DNA of 64,000 nucleotides from a virus: the IMG/VR virus record IMGVR_UViG_3300046652_000008, positions 1-64,000 of that record, one strand, 5' to 3'. Of the stretch, positions 8,770-18,063 are shown in pieces. Each line of letters opens with the position of its first letter. The stretch's first letter is position 1. A program made the translations under genes and the position numbers. Below the pieces are notes generated by a model. The model was given only the letters and a program-made list of their open reading frames with translations, made no database searches and had not been told where the DNA came from.

Positions 8770-10967
8770 CAGTATGTCCCCGTGACCACCCAAGTAGTTT
8801 GTTTGCTGGCTCCATCACTCACGAATGTAAAGTTGATGGCATCTCCGTTAGTAAGGGCCACACTCGCGCTTTGTGTGCCAGCCGCAATGGTGGATGAGCA
8901 GGTAATTGCTCCTGTCAGTAGTGCGCCCAATGTCACGCCAGCGGCATTCATGGTGCTTGACCCGGCGTTATCACTGAAGCACTTCAGCCCAGTCAATGTG
9001 ACGGTAACTCCGGTCGTGTTGTAGCAGAAACGTTGAAGGTAGGTACCGGCTGGCACTGCGTTCAGCCCGTCACCAAGCCCAGTCTCACAAGCCCATGTTT
9101 TGTACTGAGCGGCCATGCGAGCCGCAGCCAGAGTTCCGGTCACATCAGCACCGGAGAGATCCACCGCGCTGCTGGTGACCGTCTGTGTTGAACCTGCGAA
9201 GTGCGCGATGCCCACACCCGGAGAGGATGCTACTGCGCACGTCGCGCACGACACCGCTCCCGTTGTAGCGCTCACTGCAATCGGGCTTGTCCCCGTGGTG
9301 GCAACCGTGCCAGATGTATTCGGCCAGAGGATCGTTGGGGTTCCCGCCGCCGCCTGCGGGTTCACGGTAACCGTACCGCTCGTGTGGCCGGTCATCGTAA
9401 TGCTCGGCTCCGTAGTGCCGTAGTAGGCGAGCGCGATGGATCCAGCCGTCGTCCCACCAACCCCCGTGCTGATGCCGCCCTGCGTCGAGATATTGCCACC
9501 AGAGTCCACAGTGGTTGTTGCCGATGGCGTCTGGAGCGTTGTGGTGCCACCGCCAGTTACGAGCGCAGTGGATGCCAACGCGCCGCTTGAAACCACGGTC
9601 ACCGTGCCAGAACCCCCCGGAGTGGCGCACGTTCCATCCGATTTCAGGTAGCCTGAACAGGTTCCGCCACCGAAGATAGCGATGACATCAGACGCTGCCG
9701 CGTCGGTCAACGCGCCCGTCGTGACCGTATTTTTGACGATACCCGTGCCCAGCGTTGCCCAGTTCTGATTTGAAGATCCGAGCGTGAGCGTGGCTGTATT
9801 TGCAACTCCTGTGCCTCCGCTTCCAGCCACAAGCGTTGTGGATAGACCCGCTGCCGTGCCGCTCGTGCTTTGATTGAGCGTTGGGAAACTGGTCATGTTG
9901 GCTGCGCTCAATGCCGGAGCGTTGCCCAGAGTCGGAGCCTGCCCCGCTGCGCCAGTGCCGTGGCTGATGAGCACTTGATCGGTAGCTGCCGTGTTTGCAG
10001 TAACGAATAGCGTTGTGTCAGCAGCGGACTGATACGGGATCTTTCCAACAGTCCCGCCTACAAGATTCGTTGCCTTCGCAGCAGTTCCGCTGGTGGATTG
10101 ATTGAGCGTTGGGAAGTCGCCAGCAACTGCAATCGACGGAACCCCAGTGGCAATCGTGTTCTTTAAAATGCCTGTGGCCAGCCCAGACAGCAACGTACCG
10201 TTAATACCCACTACGGTGGTCGAGCCACCCGTGGACGTGCTCGTGGCATCGCCCGAGAGCGTCGTGAATGTGCCGCCTGGGGTGGAGCATGTTCCATCGA
10301 ACTTCAGGTAACCCGCGCTGCAAGTTGTCCACAACGCCACAATGTCACCATATGCCCCATTGGTCAGGGCACCTGTTGTGATAGTGTTTTTGACGATACC
10401 CGTGCCCAGCGTTGCCCAGTTCTGGTTTGAAGATCCGAGCGTCAGCGTGGCCGTGTTCGCAACTCCCGTGCCACCACTTCCAGCCACCAAAGTCGATGAC
10501 AGCCCAGCAGCCGTTCCGCTCGTGGATTGGTTCAATGTCGGAAAATCGCCAGCAACCGCAATCGACGGAACCCCAGTGGCAATCGTGTTCTTTAAAATGC
10601 CTGTGGCCAGCCCAGACAGCGATTGCCCATTGATGCGGACAACGCTTGTCGCCCCACCAGAAGAAGTGGAAGTTGCATCCCCACTTAATGCGGTAAACGA
10701 CCCACCACCCGACAAAACCCAGTCGGAGGCCACCGTGCATCCAGCCGCGTTATTGCAAGCATAAATATGACCGGACGTGTCTTGACAATCCTGCATGTAG
10801 ACACTAGTCGTGTTTCCGGGAGTGCCCACACATGCTTTGGTAGCCAATGCCGAAAAGTTGCTATTTATCTTGGTTCTCGCCGTTGGAAAACTCTCATTGT
10901 TGACGGTCTGGACGGATTGTGAAAATCCAGCAAGACAAAAAACCAAAAAACATGATGCTAATTTCAT
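8769..10967 (-). CDS. Fibre-like Gly/Thr/Ser-rich repeat protein with N-terminal signal peptide
   Basis: MKLASCFLVFCLAGFS|Q; ARTKINSNFSAL motif; GGTG and PTLNQSTSGTAA fibre repeats; paired Cys. Confidence 0.75.
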   Translation of the reverse strand: MKLASCFLVFCLAGFSQSVQTVNNESFPTARTKINSNFSALATKACVGTPGNTTSVYMQDCQDTSGHIYACNNAAGCTVASDWVLSGGGSFTALSGDATSTSSGGATSVVRINGQSLSGLATGILKNTIATGVPSIAVAGDFPTLNQSTSGTAAGLSSTLVAGSGGTGVANTATLTLGSSNQNWATLGTGIVKNTITTGALTNGAYGDIVALWTTCSAGYLKFDGTCSTPGGTFTTLSGDATSTSTGGSTTVVGINGTLLSGLATGILKNTIATGVPSIAVAGDFPTLNQSTSGTAAKATNLVGGTVGKIPYQSAADTTLFVTANTAATDQVLISHGTGAAGQAPTLGNAPALSAANMTSFPTLNQSTSGTAAGLSTTLVAGSGGTGVANTATLTLGSSNQNWATLGTGIVKNTVTTGALTDAAASDVIAIFGGGTCSGYLKSDGTCATPGGSGTVTVVSSGALASTALVTGGGTTTLQTPSATTTVDSGGNISTQGGISTGVGGTTAGSIALAYYGTTEPSITMTGHTSGTVTVNPQAAAGTPTILWPNTSGTVATTGTSPIAVSATTGAVSCATCAVASSPGVGIAHFAGSTQTVTSSAVDLSGADVTGTLAAARMAAQYKTWACETGLGDGLNAVPAGTYLQRFCYNTTGVTVTLTGLKCFSDNAGSSTMNAAGVTLGALLTGAITCSSTIAAGTQSASVALTNGDAINFTFVSDGASKQTTWVVTGTY
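9700..10700. repeat. Intragenic direct repeats in the fibre gene
   Basis: Near-identical ~70-bp blocks at ~10122-10191 and ~10552-10620; second repeat pair ~9730-9880 and ~10385-10535 (duplicated LSGLATGILKNTIATGVPSIAVAGDFPTLNQ and GSGGTGVANTATLTLGSSNQNWATLGTGIVKNT). Confidence 0.85.
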
Positions 10968-11393
10968 TTATGGAACCACCGGATTGTCAAATACGCCGCC
11001 AAGATCATCCCAATTGCCAGGAGCGGAATCCCACAAAAGCACCGATGGCGCAATGCTCTGCCCGCCCTGCGTCCACCTAGCCTGGAATACTAGGCCCTCG
11101 GCAGATGCGATAACCGTAAACCCGCCATACATATATATACCAAACTGTGCTACAATATCTACCATGGACGTTGCTAGAACATTTAGACTAACAAGCGTTT
11201 GTGGGGAAGACTGCTGATCTGCCATAGTAAAGGATATCGCCACGTTGGAAGTATTGCAAACAGATAAACACAGTAGGTCAACATCATAGTTTATGATTGC
11301 CGTTGTATCGGTAGGCACAGGTTGCATTGGAAGTTTAACCTGATATGTTAGACTTGGAGCATCGCAGTTCACCGCTGAATAATTGTTTGGCAT
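10968..11393 (-). CDS. Hypothetical beta-rich protein without signal peptide; possible virion adaptor
   Basis: First gene of the fibre operon; Trp/Asp-rich C-terminal tail WDSAPGNWDDLGGVFD. Confidence 0.55.
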   Translation of the reverse strand: MPNNYSAVNCDAPSLTYQVKLPMQPVPTDTTAIINYDVDLLCLSVCNTSNVAISFTMADQQSSPQTLVSLNVLATSMVDIVAQFGIYMYGGFTVIASAEGLVFQARWTQGGQSIAPSVLLWDSAPGNWDDLGGVFDNPVVP

Positions 11394-11421
11394 GGTCCTA
11401 CTATTAGTCTATCAGAAACTA

Positions 11422-11925
11422 TTACATTCCCCTAATCTTAGCTATTTTGCGCTTTATTGCATCACGCTTGAGGGAACTAATCCGGTCTAGAAATAGCTTT
11501 CCGTCCATGTGGTCTATCTCGTGCTGAACTACCCGCGCCAGCAACCCTGTCGCATGAACCACCCTAGCGTTGAAAAACTCGTCTTCGTATACTAGGTCAA
11601 TCTCTTTCGTGCGCTCCACTAACTCATAAAATCCGGGAATGGATAAGCAACCCTCTTTACAGATGAACTTTCCGTGCCCACTCGGGACAGTTGGGTTAAC
11701 AAGCACAAGCCTATCCTTTGGATTTTCTCCGCATGATATGTCAATCGTTGCTATCCTTTTAGGAACGCCTATCTGTATGGCCGAAAGCCCATAGGCCCCA
11801 TATTCGCGCATCGTGGCAAACATCCGCTTAACTAGGTCTGGGATCATGGGCTTGTCTACGTCCAACAATTGGACCGACTCTGATCTCAAAAGTTCATCAC
11901 CATAGATTAAGAGTTTGTCTACCAT
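11422..11925 (-). CDS. def: Peptide deformylase
   Basis: Motifs GLSAIQIG, EGCLS, QHEIDHMDG. Confidence 0.95.
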   Translation of the reverse strand: MVDKLLIYGDELLRSESVQLLDVDKPMIPDLVKRMFATMREYGAYGLSAIQIGVPKRIATIDISCGENPKDRLVLVNPTVPSGHGKFICKEGCLSIPGFYELVERTKEIDLVYEDEFFNARVVHATGLLARVVQHEIDHMDGKLFLDRISSLKRDAIKRKIAKIRGM

Positions 11926-12003
11926 GCTACCAAGCCCCCTATGGTTTCTTCACGTCCATTGTCACCGTAACCGTAATTTTGAGTCCACCATCAATTAATC
12001 CTA

Positions 12004-13068
12004 TCAGATGATAGAACTGCCTGCGTATTGCTTCCACTGCGTTATCCCCTGCTGGTTATACGCCTTCAGCGACTTCATGCCATTACTGGCGGAATTCTTA
12101 TCATTAAGTAACTTAATCCCAACATTTGCTATGCTCCCGGTGTCGTCAAAACTAGCTTTCCAGTTATTCGGAACCCAGTGTATGGCATCGCTCACTACAC
12201 TTGGAACGCCCTCTGCTATCCCATCTGCCGTAACATTACAAAAACTTTCCGTATAGCTAGGAGAAAGCAATAGATGCTGGCTCTTCACATAAGACCTAAA
12301 CTGCGGCCAAGTCATCCATCCAGCCTCTATAAGCTTTACATCTAGGAGCCCGTTTAACAACTCCCGGATTGCTCCAAGCGTGCTCTGCCCGCCCTCAATC
12401 CTGCCGCTATTGATTGATACCTCGCATCGCACGTTCAGGGTCCTAGCTATCTGCAATGCGGCCCACGCAGCCGTAAGCATGTTTTTTTGTGGGCGCATAG
12501 CTCCGAATATGCCAATCTTTAGCGTGTCCCCATGCCTATATATCGACGGAGGTGCCGGAACGCTTTGAATGTAATATAGGTTTGGCAACCATACGGCTGG
12601 CCGATGGAATCCGTTTTTTACCGCGTTAACCAAGCGGGTTGAGTTTGCGGCTAGATGGAAATTGTGGTTAGACATTTCTAGCTCCATTTGCTCCCGCAAT
12701 AGCTGAACGGCGTATCTGTCCGCTTGCAAAAAACCGACATTGCTGTGAAAGGTTATTGCGAATGCGATATGCGGATACTTTCTTACCAAAGCCTGTAAAA
12801 ATGGAGTATCTACCCATGGGGCAAACATAACAACGTGTGTGTATGTTGATCCAGGCAGAACCTTATCCCTCAACTCGTATCCGTCGAATACGCCGACTAC
12901 CCGCACCTTTACCCCGGCGTCCATAAGCACCTTGGCTGAATTCATGGCCGTTACGCCAAGCCCAACATGGCTGCCGGATAGCCTATTTCCAGCCATGTTT
13001 TTGTATACAAATAGAAAACTATACTTGTCTTCTGGCGTTCTCTTGGGGGAACTATATGAGATGTTCAT
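12004..13068 (-). CDS. Glycosyltransferase, GT4 (GT-B) family
   Basis: GIFGAMRPQKN and LLSPSYTESFCNVTADGIAEGVPSVVS; start taken at MNISYS just after the portal stop. Confidence 0.8.
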   Translation of the reverse strand: MNISYSSPKRTPEDKYSFLFVYKNMAGNRLSGSHVGLGVTAMNSAKVLMDAGVKVRVVGVFDGYELRDKVLPGSTYTHVVMFAPWVDTPFLQALVRKYPHIAFAITFHSNVGFLQADRYAVQLLREQMELEMSNHNFHLAANSTRLVNAVKNGFHRPAVWLPNLYYIQSVPAPPSIYRHGDTLKIGIFGAMRPQKNMLTAAWAALQIARTLNVRCEVSINSGRIEGGQSTLGAIRELLNGLLDVKLIEAGWMTWPQFRSYVKSQHLLLSPSYTESFCNVTADGIAEGVPSVVSDAIHWVPNNWKASFDDTGSIANVGIKLLNDKNSASNGMKSLKAYNQQGITQWKQYAGSSII

Positions 13069-13069
13069 C

Positions 13070-14929
13070 CTATCCGTTCTTCTGATCTGCCGTCCGTGGC
13101 CCTCTGCCAGTAGCGCCTTGCCCAATCCCCGCTTGCGACTGAGCCGCCAACTCCTGCATAATCCTGTCAATATCGCCTTGATCCTTACCCATCACCCTTA
13201 GAAGCTCTGGGATGCTGGTAAGCCCCATCTTCGCTAGAGAGCTGGCCTCTATGATCTTGCTTTGTTGAGCATCGCCGCGCAATGAACCAGGGGACACACT
13301 AAATGTATAATTCTTCCAATAGCTATCCTTTTGCTCAGACGCTGGAATTAGATTATCGCCATTGTATTCAAAGTCTTGCATCGTAATTCCATCTTCACCA
13401 AGCATATACATTCTCTGCTTAGTGTTGTAGAATTGGATTACGTTGCTGACGGCCTGAATCCCAGTATCCCTCAAGAACGCTTCAAGGTATCGCTCTTCCA
13501 GTTTGACTGGCATTTGCAGAGAATCGCGCATCTGCTCCAGTGTGTCGCCACCTGGGACTTGATTCTTGCGAGACATTCCGGCCACGTCAACAATCCCGCT
13601 AATGCGATCCATCTGTGGGCTAATATAGTTGGCCAACATTTCATAGACATACGGTTGCAGGGATGGCGTCTGCGCGTATTGAATATCGGTAGCTGGGTTT
13701 CCCATCGGCCCTAGAAGTAACTTCTCTCCAGGCTTGTCTTGCTGGAAGGCTTGCCATGTGGAATTTACAACAGCGCTGGTCTTGCTTATGAGCACGGGAA
13801 ACAGGTTCCTGCTTATCATGTCCATGATGCCAGCCCCAATCTCATTAAGCGCCTGCTGCATCGGCAACAGACTCCGGTAAGAAGACAGCCCATAGAATGA
13901 CCACGGAACTGGATTAAGCCGCAAACATGCGAATGGAAACAGCCCATGCCAATACGGATTAGGGCCATCATACATTATTTGATTATTTGCAAAAACGATC
14001 AGGCGCTTTCTGGGGTATAGCCTCTCCCCAGGCTTAACCTCATACCACCAGTTATGCCGATCCAGTGAAAGATACGGATCTGCCACAATTACAGTTTCTT
14101 TTGAATCGTTAAGCGTAGTATCGTCAACGTAGTATTCTTCTAGCTCAATTCCTCCGAAGTTCCAGCCGTTGACAGAGGGGGCAACCTTCCCGCCAAACAG
14201 CCTTTGTAGGTTAGGGGCAAGGGCGTTCCAAGTATGACCACTCATTTCCTCCGGTTGACTATACTCCGCTGAAGAATCTGATGCTTGAGGAATGTGGTCG
14301 TTGCCAAGGCGAATCTTGTCAGCGCGAAACGGGAATACCTTGCGGAAGTAGTTCAGCGGCTTCCATGTTCGATACAAAACAGCGAAAGAATCCTGGATAT
14401 GGAATCCGGGTTGTATGGGCAATACCTGATCTGGGCCGCAAGGTATCAGTCGCATACTACCCGGAGATGCGGCACCTATCTTCCAGAAAGATGTGCCCCA
14501 AAGCATCCCTATATCCACAGCCGAAACGAGCGATAGGTCCATGTCTTGCCGGGTCCACTCAGCACGGAGAACCTTCCCTATCAGGTCGCCAGACTCCCTC
14601 ATGGCGTCTACGCCAGTCTGCACGTTGATAATGGGTCTGGAGTCGCTTAGCAACGCCAGCTTGTCGCGCCTAGCGGCCTCCATGCGGTTATCCACGAATC
14701 TGCTACGATGCCGCTTGCGGCTGCCACTCCACTGGTTCCCCTCTAGATACGATACATACTTGTTTACGTTAGAGAATTCAGGGCTAGAACGAGCAGTGCG
14801 AAATGCTTCCTCGCGCAGTACGGCCTTGTACTCGCGCATCTTCTCTTCATAGGCCCGCGTTACGGACTCAGACAGGAGTGCTTCTTTATCAAATACGGAG
14901 CGATGTGGAGCGCGGGGAATTTCTTGCAC
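13070..14929 (-). CDS. Portal protein (P22-like family)
   Basis: 619 aa near terL; YLEGNQW, GTSFWKIG, PNPYWHGLFPF, SFYGLS..LLPMQQALN, DRISGI motifs. Confidence 0.85.
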   Translation of the reverse strand: MQEIPRAPHRSVFDKEALLSESVTRAYEEKMREYKAVLREEAFRTARSSPEFSNVNKYVSYLEGNQWSGSRKRHRSRFVDNRMEAARRDKLALLSDSRPIINVQTGVDAMRESGDLIGKVLRAEWTRQDMDLSLVSAVDIGMLWGTSFWKIGAASPGSMRLIPCGPDQVLPIQPGFHIQDSFAVLYRTWKPLNYFRKVFPFRADKIRLGNDHIPQASDSSAEYSQPEEMSGHTWNALAPNLQRLFGGKVAPSVNGWNFGGIELEEYYVDDTTLNDSKETVIVADPYLSLDRHNWWYEVKPGERLYPRKRLIVFANNQIMYDGPNPYWHGLFPFACLRLNPVPWSFYGLSSYRSLLPMQQALNEIGAGIMDMISRNLFPVLISKTSAVVNSTWQAFQQDKPGEKLLLGPMGNPATDIQYAQTPSLQPYVYEMLANYISPQMDRISGIVDVAGMSRKNQVPGGDTLEQMRDSLQMPVKLEERYLEAFLRDTGIQAVSNVIQFYNTKQRMYMLGEDGITMQDFEYNGDNLIPASEQKDSYWKNYTFSVSPGSLRGDAQQSKIIEASSLAKMGLTSIPELLRVMGKDQGDIDRIMQELAAQSQAGIGQGATGRGPRTADQKNG

Positions 14930-14931
14930 GA

Positions 14932-15279
14932 TTAGATCCAGCTTGAACTTTCTGACTTCAACTTACTATTCACGTCTACCTTTAAGTCCGGAGGCAGGTC
15001 CAGGGGATCATTTAAGTGCTGATGATGAATGTACTCTAGCTGTTGTGCGCGGCTGGAGATCAGAAACTTGTCTGATGTTCCGTCGTCATTGCGCCTATAC
15101 TGGTAATGTGGCTCAAAGTTGGTTTCTCCAGCACCAAATATAGAAAGACGAGCAGCCGTAATTAACCGCTCTACTTGCACTTGGCAGTCTGGACATCGGG
15201 GATTCTCACCATCCCACTTTTGTACGAAAAACTCGTACTTTTTCTTACAGGATGGGCATTGACCGTCGTATGTGGGCAC
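14932..15279 (-). CDS. FmdB-family zinc-ribbon protein
   Basis: MPTYDGQCPSC...CPDC...RLIT; usual position between terminase and portal. Confidence 0.8.
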   Translation of the reverse strand: MPTYDGQCPSCKKKYEFFVQKWDGENPRCPDCQVQVERLITAARLSIFGAGETNFEPHYQYRRNDDGTSDKFLISSRAQQLEYIHHQHLNDPLDLPPDLKVDVNSKLKSESSSWI

Positions 15280-15282
15280 TCT

Positions 15283-15810
15283 CTACTTCTCCGCTACTCG
15301 ACCCTTAACCAAGTTCACGAGATCAGTCCCGGTAACACCGCGCTTACCTAGCAACTCCTCCAGGTATTTCTTATCGTTGTCTGAGACAACTAGGGTATAC
15401 TCGGAACGATTCAACCCGTGAACCCATCCGGCACCTAATACCTGCATAACTGTCTCAACTATGAAGTCTTCCGGCTTAGAGCCAAAACAAGCCGCAATAT
15501 CAGCGTAGGAATCGACAATTGCTGGGTCCATTGGGACTTTCAAGACGTTCATCCCGTCTTTGACGCCAGTGGACTCTTCGACCTTCTTCACGATTTCATC
15601 GCTAGATTCGACCGTCTTGCGCAAAACGCGACCGATCCTAGCCACTTCTGAGGGCGAAAGAACAATTCCGCCATTCACGTAGTTAGATACTAGGCTCTCA
15701 ACGGCATCCACTAGCCCGTCGTTCCCAAGCTTAGTCATGGTCTTTTTATAGTCTGATGGCAATAGCTCGAATGTTATCACGACCGACTTCTTATTCTGGT
15801 CAACAGGCAT
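15283..15810 (-). CDS. Hypothetical protein
   Basis: 175-aa ORF with RBS (GAAGG) in the packaging operon. Confidence 0.7.
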   Translation of the reverse strand: MPVDQNKKSVVITFELLPSDYKKTMTKLGNDGLVDAVESLVSNYVNGGIVLSPSEVARIGRVLRKTVESSDEIVKKVEESTGVKDGMNVLKVPMDPAIVDSYADIAACFGSKPEDFIVETVMQVLGAGWVHGLNRSEYTLVVSDNDKKYLEELLGKRGVTGTDLVNLVKGRVAEK

Positions 15811-15870
15811 TATTTTTCCTTCTGTCTACTACTATAATAACATTATTATCAATGCTATGCAATCATGCGA

Positions 15871-18063
15871 TTAGTTGTAATCCCAATCAAATCCCTTGCT
15901 TTCATCGCTGATAAAGTCTTCCGGGTCAGCGTCTTTGTTAAGGATCTTCTCGACGTATTTTTTACTCCCAGGCGGTGGCGGCGCGAAATTCTTCTGGCCG
16001 GATATGCGGATGCTCCCACACTTGGGGCAATTATCCTCGTCGTTTGGTATTTCTGCGCCCCACTTCTCTTGGCACATATCGCAATACATGATCCAAGGAG
16101 ACGACTCTATGGATGATTTTTTGATTGGTATGAACCCTAACGTATCATCCCAGTCAGACTCGTGAGCGCAATATAGGCAGATTAGCCCCGCCATCACCGT
16201 ATCGTCTTTGAACTTCTTGCTAGCCCCAACGTTGTTAAGGTTCTGTACTCGATCATCCTCTCGCCGGAAAGTTCGCATCTCACTAGCGAATTTGGGATCT
16301 CTCACGAACCAGCGTTTTGTCCGTAAAAACCTGATAGCATTGATGATAATCTTGGGCTTATTGACATGATCAGTCTGGAAGCCGCACACGTTCGTTTGCA
16401 TCTTAGATGTATCTATGTTTATCTTACGATATAGATTAGGGTATTGAAGCTGTAGCTTTAGATAATCAGCCGTTGTACGCGGCCCCGTGATCTCGCACGC
16501 TATTTGCGCTTCATTGTACCACGAGGCTATCTTTGCGCCTTGTATTGCCAAATCAACAGCATCAATAGTGCTAGAGCGTAGAGTGCAAATGTGAACATCA
16601 AATCCACCCTTCCGATTCACCCTGTTAACCCAGATTACAGAGTTATCCTGCCCAACCCCGTTAGATGGATCTATTGACACGTAGTACTCGGCGTCGCGTT
16701 TAGGTGGTTCCCAGACCTGTATTATCTTTGTATCGTCTTCGTGCTCCTGCTTACACCCCTCTATGCAGCAATGCCCATCTTTATTGATACCGTGAAAGTT
16801 GTTATCAGCGTCAAAAAAACCAACAATGGGCGCAGGGAAGGACTTAGCGTTTACGAAATCTAGGCACTCGTCTGGGAATACTGATTCCCCCGATATAATG
16901 AATGCTGACTTGGCGGAAACAGCTAGCTCCTGTTCTACCCGCTTCTTGTCTGGAGCATTGTCGTACTCGTTTTCCATGAAGTACATTTGCTCTTTGGTTA
17001 GATGATAAATGTGGAGTACGCCTTTATTACAAACTAGACACTCAAACCCCTCACGGTCAATATGCCCAAAGAATCTATCATGGAACCTCCCGCACAATGG
17101 GTTATCGCACTTCACCCACTCGTTCTCTACGGTATCTTTAATGTCTAATGTTTTAACGCGAGGAATCCAGCCATTAGGTGGCGCAAGTACGCGGGTCTTT
17201 TCAAAGAAGAACGGCAGGAAACGTGGTTGCCATTCTGCACGCTCTGCCATATCCACCATGCGATCCCAGAGGTCATTCCCATACCCGCCAGCGCCCTTAG
17301 CTGTAGACTCTAGGATAGCAATCGTTTCTGGAGAGTTTACGAGAGCGTACTTTAACTCCTCTTCTATCACACGTTTAGGGTCCATGTAGCTATCAAATTC
17401 ACTTAAATGAACGCCATTTAAGCGCATTCCCATGCCAACACCCGTGAGCTTATTGGCCCACTGGACGTTCATAGTGGAATTTATTCCTGGGCGTTTTTTC
17501 GGATCTTCGCCAAATGGCGTATCGAAAATAATGCCTTTCTTGATCTCAAAAGATCGCACATCTGGCTTTAGCCACAACGGTAGTTTTGAGTATATTGAGT
17601 GCATGTACCGAAAAAGGTACGCCGCGTGTTCCTGCTCCCACGACACAACCAATCCAGCACGATTAGGGAAGAATGCCGTCAGCCAAAGCATAATCGCTTC
17701 GATCAAAAGTGAGCAGCCAAGTTGACGGCTTTTGATGATGAGGATCTTTTGCGGCTTGCCCTTGGCTTTCATGTCGGCCATTGCCTCAAGGACTAGCTCT
17801 TGCGACTCCCAGAGGGTAAATAACTTATCCCTGCCGTCCTTGTCAACAATCCAGAAATAGTTCTTAGCTGCGTACCGAAAGTCGCTGCATATCGCGTCTA
17901 ATTCAGCCGTAATGGTGTCTATCTCGTTACGGTTGCATAGTGAGTAGAACTCAAACAGGTCTGTTACGCCTTCAAACTTACCCGTCTCGAAGTATTCTAT
18001 TAAGTCCCTAACTTCTGGATCTTGGCAGTCCCTGTATTCAGGACGATGGATAATGATGGCCAT
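15871..18063 (-). CDS. terL: Terminase large subunit
   Basis: Walker A ILIIKSRQLGCS, Walker B HLSEF, ESTAKG coupling motif, RNase H-like nuclease YYVSIDPSNGVGQDNS ... KDDTVMA. Confidence 0.92.
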   Translation of the reverse strand: MAIIIHRPEYRDCQDPEVRDLIEYFETGKFEGVTDLFEFYSLCNRNEIDTITAELDAICSDFRYAAKNYFWIVDKDGRDKLFTLWESQELVLEAMADMKAKGKPQKILIIKSRQLGCSLLIEAIMLWLTAFFPNRAGLVVSWEQEHAAYLFRYMHSIYSKLPLWLKPDVRSFEIKKGIIFDTPFGEDPKKRPGINSTMNVQWANKLTGVGMGMRLNGVHLSEFDSYMDPKRVIEEELKYALVNSPETIAILESTAKGAGGYGNDLWDRMVDMAERAEWQPRFLPFFFEKTRVLAPPNGWIPRVKTLDIKDTVENEWVKCDNPLCGRFHDRFFGHIDREGFECLVCNKGVLHIYHLTKEQMYFMENEYDNAPDKKRVEQELAVSAKSAFIISGESVFPDECLDFVNAKSFPAPIVGFFDADNNFHGINKDGHCCIEGCKQEHEDDTKIIQVWEPPKRDAEYYVSIDPSNGVGQDNSVIWVNRVNRKGGFDVHICTLRSSTIDAVDLAIQGAKIASWYNEAQIACEITGPRTTADYLKLQLQYPNLYRKINIDTSKMQTNVCGFQTDHVNKPKIIINAIRFLRTKRWFVRDPKFASEMRTFRREDDRVQNLNNVGASKKFKDDTVMAGLICLYCAHESDWDDTLGFIPIKKSSIESSPWIMYCDMCQEKWGAEIPNDEDNCPKCGSIRISGQKNFAPPPPGSKKYVEKILNKDADPEDFISDESKGFDWDYN

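Noticed and set aside
9700-10700. Diversity-generating retroelement TR/VR pair
   Set aside because: The repeats are in-frame modules within one gene with mostly synonymous differences; no reverse transcriptase in the window
1177-11217. Many plus-strand ORFs opposite the exported-protein genes
   Set aside because: Antisense shadows of Thr/Gly/Ala-rich repetitive coding sequence
15871-18063. Intein in terL or dnaB
   Set aside because: No C/S...HN-C/S/T splice junctions or LAGLIDADG blocks
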